Part shown: positions 28,108 to 36,680 of the stretch, in pieces | Position numbering within the stretch: the stretch's first letter is position 1 | How the letters are laid out: each line of letters begins with the position of its first letter | From: a virus | Lineage: Duplodnaviria > Caudoviricetes | Direction: 5' to 3' (one strand) | IMG/VR virus record: IMGVR_UViG_3300025000_000057 | DNA: 64,000 nt | Notes under the pieces: generated by a model | What the model was told of the DNA's origin: nothing | What the model saw: only the letters and a program-made list of their open reading frames with translations | The model's database searches: none | Position numbers and translations under genes: made by a program

Positions 28108-28872
28108 TTGACAGGTAAAGAGCTATTATTAGCTCAATTAGAACACTTTAAAAGTGATGGGAAAATAATCGAACTTGAAGATGACCAGCATTCACAAAAG
28201 GTCAAAGATACAGCTAAAAATTGCAATGTTCCAGACGAACTTATAGAAGCTTTTTATGCCTATTATAAAGACTTCTTAGACCCTTTTCTTGATAGCGATG
28301 TTTATAGCGGTGGCCCATTCGATAACGACGAAGAGGGACTCCTAGGTATCCAATCAAAACTTTGGAACTTCTTTTATCCATTAACTCAGTGTGTTATAAA
28401 GAATTATATTGGTATAAGGATGCATACAGTAATCGAACCTTCGTATGAAGATGCGAGTACAATAACAATAATCGTTAGTAACGACACGAGTTACGATGGT
28501 TTACCTTGTAGTATTGTAGCTCTTAAAGATATCCGGAAAGCTTGGCAAACTATAGCCCGTAATCCGTCCGAGTTGTACGAAGTTTTATTAAATTACTATA
28601 ACGATATGATTAAGGTTATCGATCATATTCTTGATATTAATAAATCGTATGTTGTTATTCACTTATCCGGTACTACACTAGTAAGAACTTGGACGTGTCG
28701 TGATAAGAAACTAGCTGTTGATATAGCTAAGTACATATCTACAGATATTAGTAATGATATTAACGATGAAATTTACGTAGAGAGATCTCCATTAATACAG
28801 CAAGGTAATATATTAGAATCGAAGTCGGAAAGAATATGGAGTTGGGGAGTCGGTACAGAACCTCGTGTATAA
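28108..28872 (+). CDS. hypothetical protein
   Basis: TTG start after GGGAGG SD (ORF track starts 28078). Confidence 0.65.
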   Translation: MTGKELLLAQLEHFKSDGKIIELEDDQHSQKVKDTAKNCNVPDELIEAFYAYYKDFLDPFLDSDVYSGGPFDNDEEGLLGIQSKLWNFFYPLTQCVIKNYIGIRMHTVIEPSYEDASTITIIVSNDTSYDGLPCSIVALKDIRKAWQTIARNPSELYEVLLNYYNDMIKVIDHILDINKSYVVIHLSGTTLVRTWTCRDKKLAVDIAKYISTDISNDINDEIYVERSPLIQQGNILESKSERIWSWGVGTEPRV

Positions 28873-28918
28873 TTAGCTAATATTTCTATTCTATATTACA
28901 TTATGAACTGCTGTATAT

Positions 28919-28947
28919 TCATATTGATTGACAATGTGGAATACAAT
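28919..28947 (+). promoter_or_regulatory. SigE-type (mother-cell) promoter candidate
   Basis: TCATATT, 14 nt, AATACAAT versus consensus TCATATT-14-CATACAHT. Confidence 0.5.
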
Positions 28948-28956
28948 AGTTATAAT
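28928..28956 (+). promoter_or_regulatory. SigA promoter
   Basis: perfect TTGACA-17-TATAAT. Confidence 0.8.
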
Positions 28957-28983
28957 ATATGATATGGAATAGAGGTGAAACGT

Positions 28984-29469
28984 ATGTCGACACCACCAAC
29001 ACATTATGTAAGCCAAAGAGCGCTTGATGATATAATAACCTTTCTACAGCTCAATACATGGAATCGTAAGTGTACAATGAGCTTACAAGATATTGCAGAA
29101 CGTCTCAAGTATTCCGCCACTACTCTACATAGAGCTCTCAAGAAACTCCAAGCTGACGGAGTTATTGAGATACAAAAAAGTAGTAAAGCTGCAGAACCAA
29201 GTACAATTATCTACAACGGAGAGCTTATAGATACATCATTACTAACCAAAGGTAGTCGATTATGTAATGATGTAAAAGATAACAACGAATTAACCCAGGG
29301 ACTCGTCGATCATATAAATAACTGTCATAATACAATTAAACGTTTAAAGTTAGAGCTTGATCGATACAACGAGTTACGTAGTAGGGTTATGAGCGTAACT
29401 CCTGTTAGCGATACTCTAGAGAGTATAATACTTAGCAGACCTCATAAAGATTATAGAACTATACTTTAA
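28984..29469 (+). CDS. winged-HTH transcriptional regulator with C-terminal coiled coil
   Basis: MSLQDIAERLKYSATTLHRALKKLQADGVIEI. Confidence 0.75.
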   Translation: MSTPPTHYVSQRALDDIITFLQLNTWNRKCTMSLQDIAERLKYSATTLHRALKKLQADGVIEIQKSSKAAEPSTIIYNGELIDTSLLTKGSRLCNDVKDNNELTQGLVDHINNCHNTIKRLKLELDRYNELRSRVMSVTPVSDTLESIILSRPHKDYRTIL

Positions 29470-29498
29470 AGCAACCAAAACTGGTTGCTTTTGCTTTT
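29468..29498 (+). terminator. intrinsic terminator
   Basis: AAAGCAACCA-AAAC-TGGTTGCTTT followed by TGCTTTT. Confidence 0.7.
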
Positions 29499-29565
29499 AT
29501 ATAAAGGAAATCTATATCGATATGACGGACTATCTAATTGAGTCTATAATTTAATTTATACACGA

Positions 29566-29595
29566 GTATAAAACATGTCTCGGTGAGACATACTA
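29566..29595 (+). promoter_or_regulatory. SigG-type promoter candidate
   Basis: GTATA, 18 nt, CATACTA (exact consensus). Confidence 0.6.
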
Positions 29596-29622
29596 CAACT
29601 TATAACGAAAGAAGGAATCTAA

Positions 29623-29850
29623 ATGACCCCAGAACAAGAGAAGGATGCTGCACTTTGTGAAGAGATGGATATTCGTGGCGAAAGTAAAGATTGCTTGGGA
29701 TGCTCTTGTAGCGTCTGTATAGCACAGCACCCCATTGGCCTGAGTATTACTAAGATTCATGCACTCATAGATAAAGAATTAGCCATTGTAAAGGAAACAA
29801 ATCCCCAAATGGCAGAGGGTATGCAGCGAATTAAAGAGGTATTGAAATAA
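29623..29850 (+). CDS. small Cys-rich hypothetical protein
   Basis: CLGCSCSVC; AAGGA SD. Confidence 0.6.
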   Translation: MTPEQEKDAALCEEMDIRGESKDCLGCSCSVCIAQHPIGLSITKIHALIDKELAIVKETNPQMAEGMQRIKEVLK

Positions 29851-29930
29851 TGTACCCATGTGACAGTGTTATGTTACAATGAGCAACGGGGATATATAAA
29901 AGGGTATTATGAATTAAGGAGGTCAAGTGA

Positions 29931-30521
29931 ATGACGCAAGATGAATGGAAAGCTAAAGAAAAATCGTATCAAGCGAGGGTTACCGCAATTGTTATTCCGC
30001 CTGACGTGACACCGCAGCAGATTATAGCCATCCAGGCAGAAATCGATCCCTTATATGCAGAGGCTAGAATCGATTTAGCTAAGACCAAGCGCACCTACGA
30101 TAGGGTTAAACGCGATATTAAGAACTATGAGAAAATGGTAGGTCTTAACCTCAAACAAATGGTGTCCGATCCTGCTATTCCGAAAGAGTTAAAACCATCT
30201 AATGAAAAGGAAAGAGACGCCTGGTGTATCGACTATATCAAGAGGACTCATTTGCCGGGTTATAATATCGATATTTATATTGCCATGAATATAGCAGAAG
30301 AGCGACATGTATTTATCGAGGCCGTAGTCGATATCTTAAAAGAGAAAGCTGACAGACTCATTACAGACGTCGCATGTTTAAAGATGGATGCAGAGTTATT
30401 AATGAATAGACCTGGTCGTGGTGCTGCTAATATAATAGATAACAATAACTATCCACAACCTCCTCTTGATCGTATTGAAATTCCTAATATAGTTTTGCCG
30501 GAACCTAGGCAACCGTATTAA
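29931..30521 (+). CDS. helical protein, possibly UvsY-like recombination mediator
   Basis: LYAEARIDLAK... and FIEAVVDILKEKADRL resemble the UvsY helix pattern; AGGAGG SD. Confidence 0.35.
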   Translation: MTQDEWKAKEKSYQARVTAIVIPPDVTPQQIIAIQAEIDPLYAEARIDLAKTKRTYDRVKRDIKNYEKMVGLNLKQMVSDPAIPKELKPSNEKERDAWCIDYIKRTHLPGYNIDIYIAMNIAEERHVFIEAVVDILKEKADRLITDVACLKMDAELLMNRPGRGAANIIDNNNYPQPPLDRIEIPNIVLPEPRQPY

Positions 30522-30522
30522 T

Positions 30523-31140
30523 ATGTCTGAATGCGAATTCTATGGACGTTGTTTAAGCGGGGCTAAGAATTCGTGCTACAGGTGCATGAATAAAGATCTT
30601 TTAAGATTACCTGAAGATAAGGTACGTAACCAACGTCGTAAGAAAGCCGGACACTTTAATAACTCACAAATCGCCAGGAATAATCCATCCTGGCGTAATG
30701 CCGAAACTCAAGGTACATTAACTGTAAATGCTATGCCTAGCGCCGTAGAGATGGAGGCTAAGATTAACCCCGGTTCCGGAAATCAAACACATCGTCCAGG
30801 AGATTTTCTGGATGATGTGATATTTAATGAGACTAAAGAAAGAAAACCTATAATTACAGGTGGAGGAAAGTTATCTATAACAATAGAAAAAGGATGGCTT
30901 GATAAGGCTATTGCAGAGTGTAAGGGTAGGGGCAAGTTCCCGGTAGTTAACTTCAAACTTAAAGATACAGATGATTTGTACTCATTCTCTAAATTCGATA
31001 CCATTGCAGAGATGGTTCAGATGATTAAGTATCTAAAGAATGAACTGTTTAACTCCAGGGAGCAGTTAAAGATAACAATGCGAGAACTGCAAATCCTTCG
31101 CGATACTGTCAGTATGCAACATGAGAAGGAGAGCGATTAA
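30523..31140 (+). CDS. PD-(D/E)XK Holliday-junction-resolvase-like nuclease
   Basis: NPGSGN...PGDF..D...ETKE...SITIEKGWLDK...FPVVNF. Confidence 0.65.
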   Translation: MSECEFYGRCLSGAKNSCYRCMNKDLLRLPEDKVRNQRRKKAGHFNNSQIARNNPSWRNAETQGTLTVNAMPSAVEMEAKINPGSGNQTHRPGDFLDDVIFNETKERKPIITGGGKLSITIEKGWLDKAIAECKGRGKFPVVNFKLKDTDDLYSFSKFDTIAEMVQMIKYLKNELFNSREQLKITMRELQILRDTVSMQHEKESD

Positions 31141-34100
31141 TGTGTCAACACCTTATGTACGTAAACGTGATGGTGAAACACTAGCAGAATGGTATCCTGA
31201 GAAAATTCGTATGGCAATACAGAAAGCTTTTATTGCCAGTGAGATACCTTATGAAGATCAATGTCTTACGTTATTAATAAGTAAGGTAATTGAACAATTG
31301 CCGGATGAAAAGATCATTGATATAGAAACCATCCAGGACGTTGTTGAGCAGACTCTTTGCGTCGCAGGATACTGGAAAGTATCTAGAAGATATGCCGTAT
31401 ATAGAGAACGACGAGCTGCCCTACGCGAAGGTAAGGATGATCTAATGGATGTAATCCGGGATATCGACCGAGAAGCTACAAAGGATAATGCTAATGTAGG
31501 GCCCACTATGGCTGGTAAGGTACTTCAGATATCCGAAGCCGCATCTGGGTATTTTTACGGTAAGAGAGTAATACCTCGAGAGTTTAGTGAGGCACATGAT
31601 AATGGAGACATCCATATCCATGATAAAGCTTGGTATGGCAAAGGACTCAATTGCTGTCAAATACCTTATGAGAAACTAGCTGCTCATGGATTTAATACCG
31701 GCCATGGCTTTATCCGTCCAGCCCGTAGCTTAAAGACCGCTGCTATGCATGCGAGCATAATTATCCAGGCAAATCAGAATGAGATGTACGGCGGTCAAAG
31801 TTATCCGGATTTCGATAATCAGTTCGTCGCGACCGGAATAATGGAGCAACAACGGGAGAAGATACGTCGTGATTTACGGTATGGCGTAGAACTTACAGGT
31901 AAGAACTTTAACGAATTAGATCCGGAAGCCATTGATACTCAGGTAGAAAGAATACTCGATCATAAAGGATTCCAAGCTATGGAGGCTTTAATCTATAACC
32001 TTAACACGATGCATTGCTTGCCGTATAGTCAGGAGATTTGGATATACGATACTGTCGAAGAAGAACTCTTACAGATAGCTATTGGCAAATTGGCTGAAAT
32101 CTTTGAACCCAATCGGTATCAAACTATCAGTCTTAACCATGTGACTGGTAAGGCAGAGATGAAGTATATTACAAGTGTCAGTAAGAAAGATAATAACCGT
32201 AGACTTATTACTCTTATTGACAATGAAGGTAGGAAAAATACTACTACCGATAATCATGTTACTATGTGTATGGATGACTACGGTAATGTAACTGGCAGGT
32301 TCCCAGAAACATTGAATCATGTTTTATCTCCAAGAGGTATCGATCTCCCACCGGTTAGAGGCGATATCGGTTTAGATCATTATCATTCACGAAAAGTTCA
32401 AAACTACTTAGATGATCATATTGTAGTAACTATGGAGTTTGCCAAGATAGCTGGTTATTATGTGGCTGAAGGTAGTGTAGTAGGAGGATCTCAACTCTGC
32501 TTTACAGTATGTTCTACTAATAAAGAAGATGAGTTAATCTCTCTTATGCAGCAATGTTATGGAGAGAATATTACTTATAATCGTTATCCTACACCTATCG
32601 GTAAACCGAAGGATATACGGTTTAATGTAGGTAAGGTATGGGCCGATATGTTTAAAGACAAGTTCGGCTATGACGCTTATACTAAACATATTCCTGTAGA
32701 GATCTTGTTTGCAGAAGATGAAGTACTTATATCATTCCTTAATGGGTACTTCAAATGTGACGGTAGTATTAAAGAGAACTATATTATAGCTACCACTGTA
32801 AGTAAGAGATTACGCAATGAGTTAAATCTCATGCTTTTAAGGTTGCGTGAGCTTCCTCATATAGCCGAGAGAACTACCAGTTCGAATTACGGTACATCAC
32901 TCAATTATGAGATATCTATTAGTGGAATTGCGGAGAATAGATTAGGATTAGAGTTTGGTTGTAAGGTTATGTATGAACAAAAGCATTACGACTACGAATT
33001 TCTGAAATCTCTAATCAAAGAAAACAATAAGCTAATCCAGTATAAGAAGATTAAGCCCCATGAAATAGATATATATGCTATGACAGACAAACGACTCGGG
33101 GCCGCTACTAACGTATTCCCCGTTTCTATTAATCAATGTCTTGAGTCTAACAGTGGTGATGAATACGTCTACGATTTATCTGTAGAAGATAATGAAACAT
33201 TCTTGACAGCCGAGTGTATCTTCGTTCATAACAGCAGGGGAGGGGGGCAGATCCCTTTCTCTTCTATCAACATAGGTAATGTGCAAAGTCCCGATGCTGC
33301 TAAGATCTGTGAATGGTTCTTAAGAGCTTTTAAAGCCGGTTTAGGGAATGGCGAGCAACCGATATTTCCTAACGTTTGCTTTAAGATTAAGAGCGGCGTT
33401 AATATGCATAAGTCGGATCCGTACTATCACCTATTTCGTTTGGCACAGGAAGTTTCAGCTAAACGGCTCAATCCTAGTTGGGTATTCTGCGACAGTAGTT
33501 TTAATAAAGACGGAGATATCTCTTATATGGGTTGTCGTACCCGTGTAGTAGCCGACCGTCATGGAGAATCTACTACAATTGAGAGAGGAAACGTAGGGTT
33601 TACCACAGAGAATTTACCCAGACTAGCTATAAAGGCTATGTTAAAGCATCCTGATGATACAGATGCCAGGTTAAGTTACTTCTTTGAATTGCATAATGAA
33701 GTATTAAACCTTATAGTACGGCAGCTCATGCATCGTTTTGAATATATATGTACATTAAAGGCTAAAGACTTTCCTTTCCTAATTGGTCAAGACTTATACA
33801 GGGATGCTGACAAATTAAATCCAGAAGATAGTATCTATCTAGCTGCTAGGCATGGTACACTTACACTAGGCTTTATTGGTTTAGCTGAATGTTTGAAAGT
33901 ACTTGTAGGTAAGTATCATGCTGAAAGTACAAATGCACTGGCCCTGGGTCATAAAATTATATCTTATATTCGCAAGATAGCCGATGAAGCATGCGAGAAA
34001 TACGACCTTAACTTCTCTGTTATTGCTACTCCGGCAGAAGGTTTATCGGGTAGGTTTACCAAACTTGACCGTGAAGAGTTTGGGACAATTCCCGGAGCGA

Positions 34101-34507
34101 CTGATAAGAAATACTATACAAACAGTTATCATGTACCGGTTGATTATCCTATTAGCTATTATGATAAAATAGCAATAGAGGGGCCATTCCATAAATATTG
34201 CAATGGTGGCCACATGAGTTACATTGAATTCGAAAGTATGCCGCAACACAATATCGATGCTATTGAGAATATAGTATTACACATGGCCGCTTGCGATATG
34301 GGTTACGCTGCTGTTAATTATCCAGTAGATTTGTGCAAGTCCTGTGGTACTCATAATAATATAATACCACATGGAGAACCCTGTCCTGTATGTGGAGAAA
34401 GAGATAAGATAGATAGGATTCGCAGAATAACAGGGTACATTTCAACACTTGAGCGCTTCAATGACGCAAAAGTAGCGGAAGAGACAGATCGCATACCTCA
34501 TGTGTGA
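31121..34507 (+). CDS. nrdD: class III anaerobic ribonucleotide reductase with ATP cone and intein
   Basis: VRKRDG ATP cone, AHDNGDIHIHD, QNEMYGGQS, MGCRT, IATPAEGLS, YYTNS, RRITGYI; true start probably GTG 31142. Confidence 0.96.
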   Translation: MRRRAINVSTPYVRKRDGETLAEWYPEKIRMAIQKAFIASEIPYEDQCLTLLISKVIEQLPDEKIIDIETIQDVVEQTLCVAGYWKVSRRYAVYRERRAALREGKDDLMDVIRDIDREATKDNANVGPTMAGKVLQISEAASGYFYGKRVIPREFSEAHDNGDIHIHDKAWYGKGLNCCQIPYEKLAAHGFNTGHGFIRPARSLKTAAMHASIIIQANQNEMYGGQSYPDFDNQFVATGIMEQQREKIRRDLRYGVELTGKNFNELDPEAIDTQVERILDHKGFQAMEALIYNLNTMHCLPYSQEIWIYDTVEEELLQIAIGKLAEIFEPNRYQTISLNHVTGKAEMKYITSVSKKDNNRRLITLIDNEGRKNTTTDNHVTMCMDDYGNVTGRFPETLNHVLSPRGIDLPPVRGDIGLDHYHSRKVQNYLDDHIVVTMEFAKIAGYYVAEGSVVGGSQLCFTVCSTNKEDELISLMQQCYGENITYNRYPTPIGKPKDIRFNVGKVWADMFKDKFGYDAYTKHIPVEILFAEDEVLISFLNGYFKCDGSIKENYIIATTVSKRLRNELNLMLLRLRELPHIAERTTSSNYGTSLNYEISISGIAENRLGLEFGCKVMYEQKHYDYEFLKSLIKENNKLIQYKKIKPHEIDIYAMTDKRLGAATNVFPVSINQCLESNSGDEYVYDLSVEDNETFLTAECIFVHNSRGGGQIPFSSINIGNVQSPDAAKICEWFLRAFKAGLGNGEQPIFPNVCFKIKSGVNMHKSDPYYHLFRLAQEVSAKRLNPSWVFCDSSFNKDGDISYMGCRTRVVADRHGESTTIERGNVGFTTENLPRLAIKAMLKHPDDTDARLSYFFELHNEVLNLIVRQLMHRFEYICTLKAKDFPFLIGQDLYRDADKLNPEDSIYLAARHGTLTLGFIGLAECLKVLVGKYHAESTNALALGHKIISYIRKIADEACEKYDLNFSVIATPAEGLSGRFTKLDREEFGTIPGATDKKYYTNSYHVPVDYPISYYDKIAIEGPFHKYCNGGHMSYIEFESMPQHNIDAIENIVLHMAACDMGYAAVNYPVDLCKSCGTHNNIIPHGEPCPVCGERDKIDRIRRITGYISTLERFNDAKVAEETDRIPHV
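32015..33232 (+). mobile_element. intein with LAGLIDADG homing endonuclease (406 aa) in NrdD
   Basis: NLNTMH|CLPYSQEI ... VYDLSVEDNETFLTAECIFVHN|SRGGGQ; blocks FAKIAGYYVAEGS and FLNGYFKCDGSI. Confidence 0.93.
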
Positions 34508-34757
34508 AAATAATACATGCTCTAATCAGGACACCGTGCTAGACTCGAACGAGTATGAAGTACGTGTAATGGGTTTGGATAGGTGTTGTAAGAGTTGGAA
34601 GTTAAATCCCAAGAAGATATTAAAAGATAGTAAAGGTAGAATAGTACCTCAATATACTAATGCTATAATAGCAAATTGCGGTACTTGTCTTTATTACCCT
34701 ATCCTTACTACCGTGATGAACTTGAAGTATATAAGTGAAATGGGTATTGACATGTAG
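34500..34757 (+). CDS. hypothetical protein
   Basis: 85-aa ORF coupled to nrdD. Confidence 0.55.
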   Translation: MCENNTCSNQDTVLDSNEYEVRVMGLDRCCKSWKLNPKKILKDSKGRIVPQYTNAIIANCGTCLYYPILTTVMNLKYISEMGIDM

Positions 34758-34775
34758 CATGTAACATGGTATCAT
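34747..34775 (+). promoter_or_regulatory. SigA promoter with ATGT-N-ACAT motifs in spacer
   Basis: TTGACA-17-TATCAT with TG; spacer TGTAGCATGTAACATGG. Confidence 0.7.
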
Positions 34776-34794
34776 CTCTTCATGAGGTGGTACC

Positions 34795-35136
34795 ATGAAA
34801 GCTATGACACGTCATAATCGTACAGACATGATGGTTGAGATTGAAATTCTCAAGTTCGGAATGTACGAATCGTTAGTAAAGTATCCCGGAATGTTAGACC
34901 CTGAAGGTAGGGGTTATCGAGAGATTAATACATTCCACATATATGTACTTGATCATCAAGCAATGTTATTACACAATAAAGCATTAAAGAAACTTCAGGC
35001 TGCTGGCGAGGAACTAAGAACTGTTAGTAAGGGACTCAAAGGTATATACTCTCACCTATTGGAAGAATGTCGTGACTTACCTCAACCGATAGAGTCAGAC
35101 CTTGAACCTCCAGAAGATCCTCCGCCGCCAGAGTAA
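34795..35136 (+). CDS. hypothetical protein
   Basis: GAGGTG SD; acidic Pro-rich end. Confidence 0.65.
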   Translation: MKAMTRHNRTDMMVEIEILKFGMYESLVKYPGMLDPEGRGYREINTFHIYVLDHQAMLLHNKALKKLQAAGEELRTVSKGLKGIYSHLLEECRDLPQPIESDLEPPEDPPPPE

Positions 35137-35149
35137 AGTTGGTGATACG

Positions 35150-35455
35150 ATGAGTTTTGCCAATCTTCTTAAAGAAGATATAATCGAATTTAAGACCCGA
35201 GTAAGGAATTCTTTTAGCAATAACCAATGCTCAGGTTATAGCGGGTTGTGCATAGTAGATGAAAACGGTAAAGAGCTTAAAAATAGCGTAGATTACATTA
35301 TAGATGGCGGTATTTTAACAGTAAAAGAGCATATCAATCCTATCGGTCTTATGATGCATGCTAGACTCGCACCTATGCCTCTTGAGAAACCTAGCTATGA
35401 AAAGTTTACATCTAACAATCCTGTAAAATGGTATAATAAACGACGCAGGAAGTGA
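35150..35455 (+). CDS. hypothetical protein
   Basis: ATG 35150 after GGTGA SD. Confidence 0.55.
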   Translation: MSFANLLKEDIIEFKTRVRNSFSNNQCSGYSGLCIVDENGKELKNSVDYIIDGGILTVKEHINPIGLMMHARLAPMPLEKPSYEKFTSNNPVKWYNKRRRK

Positions 35456-35706
35456 TTAGTATGAATGATACAAATAAAGTTCAGGACTTAAAGAGCATCC
35501 CTGACGTTGAAATCGAGAAAAGATTTAGCTATCATCCTCCTACGGAAGAGCAGCCTCAGAAGTATGAGGAGATTCGCGGTATGGGTAAGGCTTTCGCAGA
35601 ACTTATCAATGAATTATGTCCTGACAGCATGGATAAACGCGAAGCTATAAAGAAGATTGAAGAGGCTGTATTCTGGGCCAATGCTTCAATAGCTCGTTAT
35701 AGTTAA
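35452..35706 (+). CDS. Acb2/Tad1-hairpin-like protein (candidate immune-signal sponge)
   Basis: RFSYHPP..EQ..KYEEIR...AELINELCPDSMDKREAIKKIEEAVFWANASIAR. Confidence 0.55.
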   Translation: MISMNDTNKVQDLKSIPDVEIEKRFSYHPPTEEQPQKYEEIRGMGKAFAELINELCPDSMDKREAIKKIEEAVFWANASIARYS

Positions 35707-35710
35707 GGAA

Positions 35711-35717
35711 TGTCGAA
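35711..35717 (+). promoter_or_regulatory. Spo0A box candidate
   Basis: perfect TGTCGAA in the leader of the tRNA array. Confidence 0.35.
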
Positions 35718-35899
35718 GATGTTAATAGGTAGTGGGCTATACCGAAGGCTAAGGTATACACTGGGATATATTATACATGGCGTATAAGGTGTGGTATATC
35801 TCAATTCCAGAAGTCAACACTGTGTAATTCTACTGCAGGGGATTACTAAATCATGAGAGACTGCAATCTCTCATCTACCTATTAGCTTTTAATAATGGA

Positions 35900-35978
35900 T
35901 GTTGGCAGATGTCCAGTGCTCACAAACAATGTCCAGTGTGCCGGAGGGTGCAATCCAAGACTGGCACACTGGATGACA
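35900..35978 (+). ncRNA. tRNA-leader structured element family A, copy 1
   Basis: homologous to 36681-36760; covarying stems; ends 1 nt before tRNA-Asn. Confidence 0.65.
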
Positions 35979-35979
35979 C

Positions 35980-36054
35980 AGGGATATAGTTCAATGGTAG
36001 AACGGCGGACTGTTAATCCGTATGTTGCTGGTTCGAATCCAGCTTTCCCTGCCA
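35980..36054 (+). tRNA. tRNA-Asn(GTT)
   Basis: full cloverleaf, loop CT-GTT-AA, encoded CCA. Confidence 0.93.
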
Positions 36055-36173
36055 ATGTGGCAGCTGCAAGCGGCGCTGCTTCTTGTTCGGATAGATTCTC
36101 TAGTTTATTTATTAAAGTGGACTAGAGAATCTATCCTCAAGAAGTACACGTAGTCCACTAAATTGCAGCACAT
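36055..36173 (+). ncRNA. tRNA-leader structured element family B, copy 1
   Basis: GTGGCAGCTGCAARCGGCGC...[long hairpin]...GTACACGTAGTCCACTAAATTGCAGCA; fills the whole spacer between two tRNAs. Confidence 0.7.
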
Positions 36174-36251
36174 GTCGGTGTAGTCCAATTGGCAGAGACA
36201 TACGGTTTAAGCCCGTACCAGTGATGGGTTCAAGTCCCTCCACCGATACCA
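36174..36251 (+). tRNA. tRNA-Leu(TAA), short variable loop
   Basis: GTCGGTG/CACCGAT acceptor, TACGG-TTTAAGC-CCGTA, A73-CCA; irregular T stem. Confidence 0.7.
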
Positions 36252-36272
36252 ATAATATAAGGTGATGATATA

Positions 36273-36425
36273 ATGTCTAAGAAATCATGTTCAACTTGTT
36301 TGTATGGAAATTGCGATATAGAATTTTATGAATTAATTCCATGCATAGAATGTAATGAATTATTATTTTGGGAATTTAAAGACTTAAGTTTCTTAGATAT
36401 TGTAATACACTTTATAAATATGTAG
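36273..36425 (+). CDS. small Cys-rich protein (50 aa)
   Basis: MSKKSCSTCLYGNC...PCIEC; AAGGTGA SD; stop overlaps tRNA-Gln 5' end. Confidence 0.55.
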   Translation: MSKKSCSTCLYGNCDIEFYELIPCIECNELLFWEFKDLSFLDIVIHFINM

Positions 36426-36501
36426 GGGTGTAGCTAAGTTGGTCTAAGGCATACGGTTTTGATCCGTACATTCGTAGGTTCGAATCCTACTTCCCCTTCC
36501 A
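36424..36501 (+). tRNA. tRNA-Gln(TTG)
   Basis: TACGG-TTTTGAT-CCGTA, GTAGG-TTCGAAT-CCTAC, CCA. Confidence 0.88.
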
Positions 36502-36502
36502 T

Positions 36503-36577
36503 AACGACGCTGAGTAGAGGTAGCTTGTCAGGTTCATACCCTGAAGGTCGTGGGTTCGAATCCCTCCCCTGAAACCG
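36503..36577 (+). pseudogene. degenerate tRNA-Met(CAT)-like gene
   Basis: D, anticodon (TCAGG-TTCATAC-CCTGA) and T arms present; acceptor stem unpaired, no CCA. Confidence 0.6.
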
Positions 36578-36584
36578 TTATCAT

Positions 36585-36670
36585 GGAAGAGTGCCCGAGT
36601 GGTTAATGGGAGCAGACTGTAAATCTGCCGTGTAACAACTTCGTAGGTTCAAATCCTACCTCTTCCACCA
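36585..36670 (+). tRNA. tRNA-Tyr(GTA)
   Basis: GGAAGAG/CTCTTCC, GCAGA-CTGTAAA-TCTGC, long variable arm, CCA. Confidence 0.95.
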
Positions 36671-36680
36671 TAAGTATTAG

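Noticed and set aside
35856-35877. ATGAGAGA-CTGCAA-TCTCTCAT resembling a tRNA-Cys anticodon arm
   Set aside because: Six-nt loop and no D arm, T arm or acceptor stem around it.
36055-36173. Assignment of family B element to group I intron, twister, pistol, hammerhead or HDV/theta ribozyme
   Set aside because: Only fragments match (TAGTCC, AAATTGC, CUAA). Element order and key cores (P7 partner, L4, CUGAUGA/GAAA, UCCUCG loop) are missing, so it is left unassigned.
36174-36251. tRNA as an ochre (UAA) suppressor explaining the sigH in-frame stop
   Set aside because: The loop TT-TAA-GC places UAA (Leu), not UUA, at positions 34-36.
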